From: Camelus dromedarius
Lineage: Eukaryota
DNA length: 64,000 nucleotides
NCBI RefSeq assembly: GCF_036321535.1
Contig: NC_087436.1
Coordinates: 79,982,001-80,046,000, forward strand
Direction: 5' to 3'
The notes beneath the pieces are model-generated. The model was not told the DNA's origin and did no database searches. It was given only the letters and a program-made list of their open reading frames with translations. Made by a program: the position numbers and the translations under genes. This document shows positions 1 to 14,049 of this stretch, piece after piece; the first letter of the stretch is position 1, and each line of letters opens with the position of its first letter.

Positions 1-155
1 GAGAGGTGTTCTAGGGTGTTAACATCCAGGCACCTGACCTGTCCTCCACATGGGCGAGCACTCCCCTGTAGAGTCACGGGAACGTGTAGTAAGAAGCTGT
101 GGGTTGGGAATTTTGAGTGTGGCCGGGATACAGGTGGAACCTCAAGCACACCAAG

Positions 156-335
156 CAGGGGTTCTTAAACTGGAGTCCATTGAGCCATGGTTGGGTTTCA
201 ATGAACCACAAACCCCTGGAAACTATATTTGAAGTTCTGCATACATGAGCACACATGTACTTTTCTGGAGAGGTAATTCAGGATTTCATCAGCTTCTCCA
301 AGTGGTTTGTGAGACAAAAATGGTTAAGAATAAGG
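156..335. mobile_element. hAT-Charlie-type MITE remnant (MER103/MER113-like)
   Basis: Starts CAGGGGTTCTTAAACTGGAGTCCAT and ends ...AAAAATGGTTAAGAATAA. These resemble Charlie terminal inverted repeats (CAGGGGTTCTTAAC / GTTAAGAACCACTG). Subfamily uncertain. Confidence 0.55.
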
Positions 336-3300
336 AGCCCAAATAATAAATAAGGTTATATACTTTAGGCCCACTTTCTTATGTCAAATAATTGGAATTA
401 ATAATAACTTCAGTTGCTCTTAAATAATAGACAGGTGTACAGTAATTAAGCAGGAAGTTTTATACAATCATATTAAATTATAACAACCAAATCAAAAACT
501 ACTACTAAAAAGATTGATTGTCACACAGAAGAAGAATTCTCGCAGATGAAGAATCTATGGAATATCCAAGAAAAAGTAGTTATACTTTAACCACTACCAA
601 GATGCACGATTTCACAAACAATAATAGACATCTGGTGGACCAGGAGATAAATTATACCTTCACGTATAGTCTAAGAGTGACACATGTGAACATTTCTTTC
701 TCAACAATAGTGAACACTTTGTATTAATATAAAATAAAATAATACTCCAATGACATCTATAATAAGAATGAAAATCAATAAAATGCATTGATGCCAAGAA
801 AATCACAAAGCATCAGGCATGTTCTCAGGATCAAACTTAAGCAAAGTTTCCTTCTCTTTGTCAAGTCCTTCCAAAATCAGAAGACCAGCCCCACAGACAA
901 ACTGTGAAAGTATACCTGCTTGATGGAATTTGGTCATGTTATCCCATCTGTTTAGTTAATTGGTACTTCCCTACCCTACCACTTTTTATCCAAAATCATA
1001 GCCCTTGAAGGGTACTCAATGAATTTTGATGAAAGTTTCTACTTTTTTAATTAATTGTATTGGCTTTCACATACTATTTAAATTTATAGCTGTCAGACTA
1101 GTCCATCATTAATCATACCCATAAATACTTCCCAAGAATGCTATATGAATTCAAAGATAGTAAAGATAGAATGAATTCAAGTGAGTATAGTTTGTAAGTT
1201 CCTAAGCCAAGACGTAAAAGGATAGTACTCTTAACTTTCATATTGCAGATGATAATCATTTGATTTCCTTTGATAAAAGATATTGGCCACCTATGTCTGA
1301 ACCAGCCATTTCAAGCTATTTTTCCTAGTCATTGGAGCTATATCTCCTTTCCCCTACCCTCCATCTACCCCTTCATAGATAGATCAAGGCACTCATCCAA
1401 ATACTGCTTTGTTAATGTTTTCCTGAGAGTGTCGTTCAGTGATAGTTTGTTACTGTGAAGACCATAATGACTTTCAATTGCAGCACCTACTGTCACATGC
1501 TATCCTTTAAAGCTCATGGATGTCACTTTCTTCCTCTCACTCAGAAAAGATACAACATTTCCCCCTCCAAACATCTGCATTAGCACATAGTTTATGTTTT
1601 CCTGGGGTAGAGCAAGTGACTTATAAAATGCTAGTTTCTGAAATTACTATTTGATGAGAATTAGCTCAGGGAGGGAAAAAATACTGTATCTATCCTTCTA
1701 TCTGTAATCTCTGTATAAAAGACACAATGATACTTTAATATGTACCCCCTAAAAAAGATTATGATCTAACGTTATTGGAAAAAAATCTTAGCATGTATTT
1801 TCATAGCCCCTCAACTATTTTTTCCAATTAAATATTATTTAAGAAAATTCTGCCATTATATTTGAACTGCTTATCACTCTGCATTGTACAATAAATTCCA
1901 TAGAAATATTAAGCCCTCCTCTATCAAAATTCAATACAAATGAAAAACACATAAATACTACACTGATTTCAAAATTTAGGTCTATCAGCTATTGGGAAGA
2001 CAGCCCTGAAAAAGCTGTATTGTTAAGTTATGAGCTAATTTACATGCATATGACTATCTTACCAAATGATTAGACTTTAGATAGAGCTAAGTGAAGAACT
2101 AGCTTTATTTTTAGTCAGTAAGGCATCAATTGTTTTATCACTTTAATGTCCTACAAACAGCATGATTATCTTTCTACTCATTTGCCTGATTTTATTAATT
2201 TATTAAACCCTTAAACTATTTGTATATGTGGACATAACTTTGAGCTTGTATAAAAGACAAAAATTAGAAAAGAAAATAAATTACAATGAATTTTTTAAGC
2301 TATGTCTCAAAGGGTTATGACTAGTGAAGTGGTGTTGACCACTTAACTGCATAAACATTCAGCTAGGAAGAATGAAGTACAAATGAAGTCTAAATCCTTT
2401 TTCTCCCACGTGGGTAGGAGGAGATAATCAGTGGTGAACCAGGCTGGTGGGGTTTTCTGGGCAGAGCTAGGGGAGGATATCTTCAACCCAAACTTGCAGA
2501 CAATCAAAATCCTCGATGTGCACAAGGTCAAGATCCAAATGGGTGACATAAAGGAAAGCAAATCCAAAGCAGGGAGGGGAGACTAAATAGGTCCTTTAGA
2601 GTGGATTTGAAAAATGGAAAGATCGGGAAGTCAAAACTGAGAGCCAAGGAACCACAAAGAAAGGTGATCAGGATGGGAAGAAGCAATGACTGTATTTGGG
2701 CAAATTCACTGATCATGAGTTCCTTGGATGACTTTTGTGTATTTGTGGGTAATTTTGTTGTATTGAATAAATGAGGGGCAAGACACACGTGGGGAACTGC
2801 TGGGCAAGAGCTGAGTGATTTAATGCCTCAGATGCTTGGAGGCAATCATTCTCAACCTACTAATAAAACAGAAGCTGGTGGAAAGGAAAACCAACTATAA
2901 ACCTAAGTTGAATCAGAATGAAGTAATGAAAATGGAAAGTGTCAAAGCACAAGACTGAGTTTCGAAAGCTGGTAAAGAAAAAGGATGAAGTACAAGGAAG
3001 TGTTTCGGCACCTAACTCTGCAGGTTTTCCATGTCGGTCATCGGTTCTGCTTTTCATACAGAAAATGGGAGTAGGAATGACTGATGCGGGCCTTATTCTA
3101 TGAAGGATTAAGCAGATGATTTGTGAAGTACTTCCAGATACCTTTTTTGACAGAATTGCACTTTATAAGAAGAAAATAGATACGTGGTATTAAAGTAGGG
3201 AGAGTTATATGAGAGAAAAAGCTGTAAATCACTTACATTTAGTAATAACTTCGCTGGGTTTACCAAATCACAGAATAAGAACTCACTGAAACACGTACAG

Positions 3301-3899
3301 TATAGGGAAAATTTCAATGTTTCCAAAGACCCTATTTTCTGAGTCCCTGATCAATTAAAATGAAGAAGGCAAATATTTGTTTTTTAAATAAGAATATTAG
3401 AAGTGATGAAAATATTTTATTTTAAAGAGAAGAAAAGTGTTTCTATCAGGAGTAGATAAAAACTAACACTATCGACCTGGAAATCTTCCATCAAGTCCTG
3501 AAGCATTCTTAACTCTTGGGTGAATACTCAGCACATAAAAAATTAGAGGACTTTCATCAATGATAGATTATTTTCCCATTCTCAAACAATCAAGATTATT
3601 CAGTCATTACCAATTATTTGATAATCCATTCAACAAAAATTTACAGAACACCTGATACATTCTCAGCATTGTATTATTGGTATTAAGCCTTGTTCCTCTC
3701 CTCAAGTTAGTCAGAAAGGAAAGATAGACACTCCACAAAGAATCAGAGAACAATTCGGGATTAAACTATAACACTGACCCAGGATTAAGGTTCTTTTGCA
3801 AAAGAAAGGACAAAATATTGGCTGAAAATACCCATTTGAAACAGATGATAATGAGAAACTGGGAGAAAAAGTGGAGGAGCGGGAAGAGAAGGAAGGCAA

Positions 3900-4200
3900 T
3901 AGTCATCACCATGTGCCAGGCACTGGGCTGTGCTCTTTACATACAGTAGCTGTTTTTAAAGTCATATTGATGATAGTAATAACATTTGATATTTTTTAGT
4001 GCTAGATAAATATTTACAAATACTGACTCATCTAACCCTCACAGTAAATCTTAAAGATAGGTATTGAGTTTTTTTCTTTCACATTTCATACATAAGGAAG
4101 CTGAGGGAAAGAGATGTTAAATAATGTGTCCAAGATCACAAAGTAAATCGCAGTGCTAGGGTAAAAACCAGAGCCGTCTGTCTACAAAGCTACCTTCTTA
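3900..4200 (-). mobile_element. MIR SINE (degraded)
   Basis: Contains CCATGTGCCAGGCACTGGGCT...CTTTAC and a later GGAAGCTGAGG...GTTAAATAATGTGTCCAAGATCACA, matching the reverse MIR core. Confidence 0.65.
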
Positions 4201-6974
4201 CTTCCTTGCTAGATATGCTGTTCCCATTTGACAGCTGTGGAAATGGACTGTAAATTAGGGCTGCTCACAAGTTTCCTGAGTTTCCTCCTGTCTTGTGAGT
4301 CTCTCACTTGAGTTCTCTTGCAGCATCACCAATCCCTAAGCTATCAGTCAGTCTATGGCCCAAAAGTGGATTAATCTCTTTTATTTTTTAATTTTTAAGA
4401 ACTTCCCTAGTGCAACTAAGAAAGTCTAGCATTTTCTAAAGGAACCTCTCACAAATAAAATAAGCAAAGGTAAAACACAAGGAAAGAAAAACTCAAAGGC
4501 AATAGCAAAATATTATCAAGCAAACAAAATATAAAGTGTATCAAAACATTATATGTTCAACTTGAGAACTTCTGAACCCTATTCTGAATCCAAAACTAAG
4601 TCTTCTCTGTAATATTCCAGCTCTCTTTTGCCTGGATAATTCCTACTCACTCTTTCAGATTCAAATCAGGAGCCACACTTCTAACCACCTCCCCCTGCCT
4701 ACACACACATACCCCCTCACCATTGCGGTCTGGTTCAGGTGCTCCTTTGGGTTTCCACAACATACCACATCTTCCTGTCTTCCAGCACATATCATACTTC
4801 CATGTTGACTTGCTGTCTGAGGTCTTGGACTATCTTCTTCTATTTGTTGGAAAATGTTCAGTTCCCGACACTTAGTATTTATTGAATTAATAAGTAGATT
4901 ACTGTTTAACAAGATTCCATTCACTGCATTTTCACAGTGCAATGAACAGTAGTCATAATGTATATGTACTAAAAACTTGCATGGGGAACTCCCCCCCTCC
5001 TCACATCTTTACCACAGAGATCTAGGCTTTTATAGGTGTAGGCACACCAAGAAGGGAACAAGCTCCTCCTCCTCCTCTCTCCCCCATCCCCTAACCTGTT
5101 CCTGGGACAAGGCTAAGAAGGGGACTCAGGGCAGGTTCCTGAAGGAAGGCACTGGACAGAGTTGGTTCTCTTCACCCTCTGATGCCATTTGATGGAGATA
5201 ATTCTTACCACTTCCAAGGAAAGAGCCTCTTTCATTTTGATCAATGACCTCACTAAGGGCTCAAGATAGGAAAGATTTCTACTTGATGCCAAAAAGAAAG
5301 TCAAGGAAGCAGAGATGAAGGCAAGAAAGAAGTCTTAACAGTTACTAAGTACCCTCCTTAGTAAGTGGCTGAGCACTTACATACGAGATTTCATTTCATC
5401 TTCATAGACAACCTATGAGAGTCTATGTACTGTCCTTTTATTGAGGCTCTCAAGCTCTGCCTCAAGTATCTCTGTACATGTGGTCTGACTCCTCTCTAAC
5501 AAGTATGGAAACTCTTGTAAGATAGAAGCAGAAGCAGCTAAATAACAGGGGGAAGAAGAACGCTACTAAAAGTCCTAACATCAGCAATGGGGGGATGCAG
5601 CCCAATAGTAATGGACGCAAAAAAATTACAAAGGCAGACAAAGGCACACCCTGATACCAATCTGTTGTTGAGGCAAACAGTCCCAAATTCCTCAGTGGTT
5701 CCTGAGAGCACCATTGTGTTATAAAAAGAAGTTTAAGAGTTAATGTTACTAATGACTGCAAGTCACAAATAAAGATTAATCTATATTCAGTATACTCTAT
5801 TTTACAAAGTATTTAATATGTTTTGTAATTTATTATTATTAAGTTAATATTAAAGCTTAAAACATGCATAAATAAACATTCAATAAACTGAAAATTCAAA
5901 AAAAAACCCTATTTGATCCTTGATGAGATTAAAGATAAAAAGATTTCCTTGTATTGAGTGTTTGTTCAGACATGAGAGGCATTCTTTTATGTTTTCTTTT
6001 TTTTTTAAGTTTTTTTAGAGGCATTTCTTTAAAAAAAAAAAACTTAGGGACACATGAAGGCTAATGTTTAGAATGTCTATTTCTCAAAAGTCTGCCTATG
6101 AAACTTTATTTAATAACAACCTCATAAGATGCAGTGTTAAATTATTTGCATGGGGACTAGACCAAAGTTTGCCCTTACATTATCTATGTATGATTATGGA
6201 AATTATTAGTAAATCAGAATCTCCAGGGGAATGCTTAAACAAATCAAGGGAAGGACTGATTGGCATTCATTCCCCCAGGTCTCATCTTTGGAGAACATAT
6301 TTAGGTTTCTATATATCTAGAGGCACAGAAGGGGTTATATGAAAAAGTGGAGTGAAAGAATAAGATTCTAAACAAAGCATACAGGCTGAGTGGATTGTAC
6401 AATATTAAATGGCTTTTCAAGTTGCAAGACAAGAAAGAAGACTTTGTCACTTTGTTCTGGTTGACATGCTGACGGATAGTAGGCCTTTGATAGCTCAGCA
6501 GAGGACGAAGGTTTTATATGCTGTAATAAGGACATTAACAAATTTGACAGTAGACAGCAGCTTGTACAAACTGCTGTGCTGATACGATTCTCTGTCCAAA
6601 GATGACAAGTAATGATAATGATGAAAATTAAGCAATGAGGGTAAAATCCATCAGGTCAGAAAGAATACTGAAAAGAGAATCCAGACGGGGGGCTTCTGGG
6701 CCTCTGAGATCTTTAAAATGACTGATATTTCAGATGTATAGTTATTAGCATCCCAGGGCCTTTTCTTTGTGCCTCATTCTCTATTTTCTTACCCAGCCCA
6801 AAAGAATTTGGAAACATTCAAGGCTGAATTTTGGTGAAAGCTTCTCTTTTGGAAGACAGTAGAGAATGTTTCAGAAATACACCACTACTGAGAATTAAAG
6901 ACCCAGCAAGGATTATGAATTAAGTTTGGAAAATGATCTGCGACTAAATATAAACATCATATATATGTGTATTG

Positions 6975-7770
6975 TGTTTATCATATGCCAGTTAAATCTA
7001 GGATTACACGAGATGGACAAGATCATTGTTTTCCTAAAGTTCACATTCAAGTGGTAGAGATAGAAAATTAGTCAAATAAACAAGCACGTTAACGAGCAAC
7101 TCGCACACACATTTTGTCATGAAGGAAATAAAGAGTGAGAGTAGCTGAGGGAGGTTCTGGAAAATAGGTGGCCAGGGAAGGCTTCTCAGAAGTGGTGACA
7201 TCTGAGCTAAGACCTAAAGGATGAAAATGGTCAAGTGAAGAGATGGGGACGCTACAAAGAAGCCAAGCAGTGAACATTCTAGACACAGGGAAAAGAAAAC
7301 ACCAGGGCCAAGAGCAGGGAGGGGATATATGTATGGCTGGGACAGTGCTGTGCACCAGAAATCGACACATTGCAACTGACTGTGCTTCAATGAAAAGAAA
7401 GAAAAAAGAAAAAGAAAAAAGGCCAGTGTGGCTAAAGCAGAGTGACAAAGAGGGAGAGGAACATGAGAGGAGGCTGACAAGAAAAGGAAGAGCCAGTTCA
7501 TGTGGAATCTTTTAAACTAAAATTTATTGTAAGATTATTTGGAACCCAGGAGTTGGAGGGGATGATTGTATTTATGCTGATGGCAGTTTGAATGGAGGTG
7601 GAAAGAAATGGATGTGAGATCTAATTTAGAGGTTAAAAAAAAAAACAGGACTTACTTATGGATTGATGTTGGCATGGGACATAGGAAGAATGGAAGACGT
7701 CTCTCAGGTCTGAGTTATCGAGATGGGAAATAAATGGAAGAAGAAAAACAAGTGTGAGAATATAGAATCA
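6975..7770 (-). mobile_element. L2 LINE fragment interrupted by an L1 3' tail
   Basis: Typical antisense L2 motifs GGTGGCCAGGGAAGGCTTCTCAGAAGTGGTGACATCTGAGCTAAGACCTAAAGGATGA and GGCCAGTGTGGCTAAAGCAGAGTGA. Confidence 0.7.
7325..7420 (+). mobile_element. L1 extreme 3' end with A-rich tail
   Basis: GCTGTGCACCAGAAATCGACACATTGCAACTGACTGTGCTTCAAT followed by an A-rich tail. The same terminus occurs at 19925-19980 (reverse) and about 51929-51985. Confidence 0.7.
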
Positions 7771-9699
7771 GGAGCACCACCCCATAGGCACCACACCATG
7801 TAACTCATACACAGAGTATTTTAGGGGTACCACACCATAAAGATGTCCTATATTATAATCTTGGGATTCTTAACCACATGGTCAAGTAAAAGCATGATAT
7901 GAGATAAACTATCTGTAATAGGAATTAGAAACTAGAAAATTTTGAGTATTTTACCACTTACATTAGAATTACACAGTGGACATTATAGGTCATCTAGTCT
8001 TGTTTCCCACTGATCACAGCAATGCCTCCTAATACATCCAATGTTTGGACACTCACACTCACTACTCCGGAAGGCAGCCACTCCATTTTAGGAAAGCTCC
8101 AATTGTTAAAAAGTTATTCTTACTATTGAATCAATACTCAGTGCAACTACACACACCAAGCTTAACCTCTTAACCACACGACTGCCCTGGTATGTTCTTT
8201 CTGGCTTCTCATATCTAAATTTGAATCCTAGCTCTCACCTTGCTCATATCTACCCCCAAATAGTCAAAATTATAACTTCTGTAATTGTAATAAGGCTTTT
8301 GTAATTGCCTTAAACATTTTGATATTCTGAAATTAAAAATCCTCAAGCTTTTTGCAGCTCAATTTTCAATGGACAATATTGCAGACTGTTTGGGATTCTT
8401 AAGGGAAAAAAAAGATCACTGTAATCTTTTTCTTGTCTGTTGATGTACAGTTCAGGAAGCTAAAATACGTAACTGAGCAAAATAATTTAATTTCCATGTG
8501 CCCATTGATTTGCCATCCTTCAAAATTTTGTCTTCAGCTGTGGTTTTCTCATCTCCTCTCCTACTTCCTTTTTCACTAATCATTTAGCTGGGGTTTGGGA
8601 GGCAGTAGAGTTACATGCATGCTGTTCAACGTTGGGATAAATCAGAAATCTAACAACACAAATGTGCATTCCTTTTTTACCTCCCACATTATTTATCCAA
8701 AAATTTGGTTATGCTTCATGGTTAAATTTAAGACTTTCAAAGATAAATTCTACTAGAATTATGTTTTTAAGAAAATCAAGTAGTAGAAAAGGCTAAGACA
8801 ACACAGAAGACTGAGAAGGTCTCTGGGCGGTAAGGTCTTGGTGTGGCTTATTCATGGTCACTCAACCTTCCAAATAATCATGAAGTGATTCAGAGTAGCT
8901 GTTAATAGAAAAAAGACCTTGCTTTATGGGTTGTTTATGATTGTTACATAATGATGTGCAGCAGCTCTGGGACCCTGAGGTGGTGATACCGTGGTCACAC
9001 AAAGGGAAACCAGAGTTCAGGTCTCTTCCAATGAAAGTGCTGACTTCTTAGCAGTTAAGGGTTTCTGATGGCTCACGGCTCCATGTATTCAGAACTCTGA
9101 GCTTCTGCGTATCTTCACTGCTAATTTTAAACACGACTGGTGAAATCTACCACTGTGCAGACTGGTTTTCCGTAAGAACAGTATATACTAGAAACAATTG
9201 CCCATAATACATTCACAATCTTAGGAGTAATCACATAATGGTAGATTTAATGACATCTCAAGGATAAATTCTCCTTCAAATACAATTTCTTTAGGAAAAC
9301 AGAATAAGAAGGATAGGAAGGTATAATAAGGATTTGGGGGTCCCAGGTTATTAGTTTAGAAGCAAATCTGGTATGCATTAAGCAAATGTTATATCCTCTG
9401 AATATTAAATGAGAATTCACGTCAAGGCAGGGAGATTGCAGGTAGCTAGTCTGCTTACATTTCAGACTGCTTTCTTGGTAACATAAATATCACCAAGTAC
9501 ATCAACAACCACCTTACAAAATATTCAAAGTGAAATGAGAGAAAAAGTGTGAAAATGCAGTGGTTATCAACAGACGCAGATCATGCTTCAAGTAATTCTA
9601 CAAAAGGGGAGTCTTGAAAAAGTTTCAGTCTCTCCTGAATCAGGGAGGTACATCATGTTCTTTGTCTCTTCTTCCTCCTTCACTTTTGCCACCACCAGA

Positions 9700-10078
9700 A
9701 CTTCCCATGTGATGCTCTAGAATGCATTCCCGCCCACACGTTCCTCATGGTTGATTTATTCTCTCCCTTCAAGCTTAAACCCACTGCTCACCCGCTAAGA
9801 AGAGTTTGCACTGGCCAGCTCTCTAACAGGGCCTCCACAGTGCCTTTCTATCCCATCCCTCTTGGTATGGTGTCCCCACAGCTGTGCCAATCTGTAGTAA
9901 TGTTGTTAATGGTTTGCTTGTTACTATCTGTCTCCCCACTTGAATACAGGCTCCATGAAGGCAGGACCACATCAGTCTTATTCACCACTGTAACCCTGTT
10001 GCTTAATACAGCACCCAGAACACAGCTATCAATCAGTAAACACTTGAAGAATGAACGAATAGATGGATGAATGAATGA
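9700..10078 (+). mobile_element. L2 3' end
   Basis: GTCTCCCCACTTGAATACAGGCTCCATGAAGGCAGGACC...TTATTCACCACTGTA, ending in a (TGAA)n-like tail. Confidence 0.75.
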
Positions 10079-10949
10079 CCCCAGCTGAATCTAAGCATAC
10101 ACCTTGAATGGGCTGCTTTATCGTTGCTGCTATAAAAAAGTCTGAGAACATGACCCCCTGGCAGCACCTCAGTAGTGCCATCCAGTATATAGAGGGAGGG
10201 AAAACAAAGGTTAAGCTACCCATGCCAACACTTCCCTGGAACTGGACTCAGATAACCAAAGAGAATGCATTAACCAATTTCAGGAAAAAAAAAAAAATCT
10301 GCCATCGAGTTTCCCACAGTGCACAGGCCACCAAGGAAGCCTGTCAGGGATGGTAGGGGTGGTGATGGGATGGGGATGGAGGGATCTGAGCGTTCGTTCA
10401 CATGTCACAGCATTTTGAAAACAATGAGTTCTTCTGCCAACTGGATACATTCTTTGGATTGGCTTGAATTAACTTGTTCTTTAAAAAAAAAAAATCAAAA
10501 GTATGCTTTTCCTAGGAACGGAAAAATGTAAATGCAGGGGTCTGGCAGTAGAGGAGAGGGAGGAGAGGAGGTTGATAAACAGGAACCAAAAGAAAAAAAA
10601 TGTTGGCAGCCAAAAAAGGTGCTGTATATTAGCCGCTATGATCTAAAATGGCCCAGCAGAGATCGGCGCAACATCTGCCTTGCTCATTTCCTGCGTGTCT
10701 ACATATTCATGCCCAGCTCTCCCAATTCTCTGGAGGCACTTGAGTGTATAGGAAGATGAGTTCCAATGAGCTGCAGCCTCCTGCTTTGCTGAAAGGATAC
10801 ACAAAGAAACCTTGTTTCCTGGATTCAACTTCAGCCTCAGCATTTTTGAGCCTTTACTAACCAAAGCAGATTTTAGGCACGTGTGAAAGAAGAAATGAAA
10901 GATAAAGCAAATATTCACATAAGTTGGATGAACGTACGTGAACTGCATG

Positions 10950-11150
10950 AGGGCTGTGTGATAGAGAAGACCACAAAGGCCCTGGATCCAGGACTTGGAT
11001 TTCCAATCCCGGCTCCACCTCTAATTAGCTGGGTGGGCAGGTCCCTTACCTGCACCGAACCTCAGCATTTTCATCTGTAAAATAAGCAGGTACACGGTGC
11101 TGCGAGGATCAACTAATATCTGTGAAATGTTGGACATGTGATAAATACCC
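10950..11150 (+). mobile_element. MIR SINE
   Basis: MIR core CCTCAGCATTTTCATCTGTAAAAT, preceded by CCCGGCTCCACC...TTAGCTGGGTGGGCAGGTCCCTTACC. Confidence 0.65.
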
Positions 11151-12074
11151 AGTCAATGATTCGGGGATGAATATTTAGAACAATTTAAGCATCCATCAAA
11201 CTCTTCTTCCTCATATCAAGTGTTTGAGGCTTAGTCTGAATTATCTGGAGAATTATATCAGTTCTAGCCTTAACCTTGGCATTGATCAGCAAACCACAGA
11301 CTCCTGTCTCTGAAAAATACACAAGTTTCTCTTTATCTGTAACTTTATATAACTGTTCCTTCCGTCTCATCAATCTTACGTCCAGCCTTTCCTCAAGTTA
11401 TCACCTTTTCATCCATCAAAATCCTCCTATCTTCCAAGGCCAAGTTCAAAAGCCAAAGTGCCAGCCAAGCTTTGCTGGATTCTCCCAGTCCAATTTGACC
11501 TCTTTTTCCTCCGCACCTATTTCTCCACTTATTCATGCATTCCATAGACAATTACTGAGAACCTGTTAGATGCCAGGGAATTTGATAGATGCCCAGGATC
11601 AAAGGATAGATGCCTCAAAACAAAGATGGATAAAACACTGTCCCCATTGTCCCAATCCAGTGAGGAAGACTGAGAATTGGACAGATGATTGCATTCGAGC
11701 GTGATATGCGCAATAAAGGTGCACACATGGCACTTAGAGCCCCTGGGAGAGACTCTTCTCCAACAGCAGTTGCTTATACCTCTGGTTCACATTCACTTTG
11801 ATTTTCTTTGCCTCATAGTTTATTGCTAACATAACCATCTTCCTCGTTACACTGTGAACTCCTTGAGGCCAGATGCTGTCTCGTTTGTATTTGTATTCCT
11901 TTAGTGTCTTTCACAATATGTTGCAAATAGTAGGTGTCCAATAAATGTGTTCTGAATGTATTATCAATATGTGGATGAAATGAAGTTATCAGCAATGAGT
12001 ACTTGCAAATGTCTTGGTCTGTCTAGAAAGCTCTATATTCTATGAAAAGCAATATATATAATACATTGTTATAA

Positions 12075-12315
12075 GAAGTACAGTATTAAAGCCAGGTAGC
12101 CTGAGTTCAAATACCCATACCAGTCTTAAATAACTGTTTACATTAGGCAAAGTATTTCATCAACCTGTGTCTCAATTTCTTCATCTGTTAAATGGAAATG
12201 ATATTAGTAGTATCTACCACATAGGGTTGCTATAAGGATTAGAGGAATTAATCTTCTTATTAAAGTACTGGAAAAATGCCTTAATGGTAACTTCTAATAG
12301 ACATTAGCTATCATC
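12075..12315 (+). mobile_element. MIR SINE
   Basis: CCTGAGTTCAAAT...TGTGTCTCAATTTCTTCATCTGTTAAATGGAAATGATATTAGTAGTATCTACCACATAGGGTTG. Confidence 0.8.
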
Positions 12316-12619
12316 TCCTCTTCCTAAACAGACTCAAAGACCTTCACTCCTATAGAACATGGACTACTGCAGGCAGATCAAAAATTTGAATTCCATAGAT
12401 AAAACACTTAGTTTCAATCTTTTGTACTTCTTGCCAAGTCAGCTGCAATGTGAGTCTCTTACAAATCCAGAAACTGCTGATTTACAACTTTTACAGCATT
12501 CCTTTATCTTTTAGGACTGCACTAGAAAATATAACGCCATCTTGGTGAAGTCCAATTTGAAATGATCAACTCCATTCATTGACTAACATCAATGTGAAAA
12601 GCCTTAATAAAAATAACAA

Positions 12620-12840
12620 AAATTCCTGTTTACTATGTTGCTCTTATGTGACAAGTACTTTACATATATTATTTCCAATCCTTAGAACAACATGCAAGGT
12701 ATATACTATTAGATCCATTTTATAGATGATAAAATTGAGGCTCAGGGAAATCAGTTCTTCACCCAGAGATCCCACTATTGCAAGTAGTTTGACATGCCCT
12801 GGTTCTATCTGACCCCAATCCTTCCACTCTTTACATTATG
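12620..12840 (-). mobile_element. MIR SINE
   Basis: Reverse core CCATTTTATAGATGATAAAATTGAGGCTCAGGGA. Confidence 0.75.
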
Positions 12841-13279
12841 CCTCTAAGTAGCTTTAGTTTGTTCTTGGCTTCGTTATTCTTGATCTGCTAATTCAGCACC
12901 ATGAAAAAGGTGGAATTTCCCAGACAGAAGTAGAAATGGTAGAATACAAATTTGATTATTGAAAATACTTCGCCTCATAATTTCAACAATTGAGCATGAT
13001 TCAAAGTGGGAACAAGGCCCCAAGCCTCCTAACCCCAGTCCCGTTTTCCCATACAGTTCTGGAGCAAGTTTGGTTGACATGTGGCTACAGCTCTGACTTT
13101 CTGAGACTGCTAGCCATGGCCTCTGCTGGCCAGGTTCAATATTTAATAGCCATTAAACCTCGCTTATGCTTCTTCGTATATTTAAACCCGCTTTGCATGC
13201 TAAACCCGTTAGCTTTTATTCTATCTGCTACAGTTCTAGAGACAGCCATCTTTATAATTATCCTTCAAATAGTTTAAGG

Positions 13280-14049
13280 CAGCACTGTCCAAGAAAAATA
13301 GAATGCAAGCCACATATGTAATACTCTTAATTAACTAGTAGCCACTTGTTTAAAAAAGTGAAAAGGAACAGGTAAAATTAATTTTAATAATGTGTTAGGT
13401 TCCTGGGGCTGCTGTAAGAAATCACCACAAACCTGGTGGCTTAAAACAACACATTTACTCTTTTGGAGTTCTGGAGGCCAAAATCAGTATCGCTGAGCTG
13501 AAATCAAGGTGGATTTGGGCTGTACTCCCTCTAGAGGCTCTAGAAAGAATCGTTCCCTTCTTCTTCCAGCTGCTGGTGGCTGCTGGTTCTCCTTGGCTTG
13601 GGGCCACATCACTCCAATCTCTGCCTCCATCTTCACACCACCTTCCCTCGTGTGTGTGTCTAACTACCTCTACCTTCTCTCATAAGGGCTTGTGTGATTC
13701 CATTTAGCACCCACCTGAATCATTCAGGACAATCTCCCCATCTCAAGATCCTTAACTTAAGCTTTGATTTAATCACGTCTACAAAAGTCTTTTTCCAAAT
13801 AAGGTAACATTTACAGGTTCCAAGAAGTAGGGCTTGGTACTTAGGGGGCCATTATTCAACCTATTGAAATAATACATTTTATTTGATCCAGTATATCCAA
13901 AAATACTACCATTTCAATGTAATCAATACTTCATGCTAAGTCTTCCAAATCTGATGTGTGTGTTTTACACTTACAATGAATCTCAATTAGAATTAGCCAC
14001 ATCTCACGTGCCCAAAGGCCACATGTGACTACAATAGCAGACAGAGCAG
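13280..14049. mobile_element. MER33-like hAT-Charlie MITE, split by a MaLR LTR
   Basis: Begins CAGCACTGTCCAA...GCAAGCCACATATGTAAT and ends GTGACTACAATAGCAGACAGAGCAG. The consensus resumes after the LTR with TACATTTTATTTGATCCAGTATATCCAAAA. Confidence 0.8.
13391..13867 (-). mobile_element. MaLR solo LTR (MLT1C/B-like)
   Basis: TGTGTTAGGTTCCTGGGGCTGCTGTAAGAAATCACCACAAACCTGGTGGCTTAAAACAAC...GGCCATTATTCAACCTA. 5-bp TSD AATAA at 13386-13390 and 13868-13872. Confidence 0.85.

Noticed and set aside
803..937. 44-codon minus-strand ORF (MTKFHQAGILSQFVCGAGLLILEGLDKEKETLLKFDPENMPDAL) with protein-like composition
   Set aside because: No recognised homology and no convincing splice acceptor, and the length is within chance expectation. 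BLASTp or PhyloCSF would be needed to revive it.
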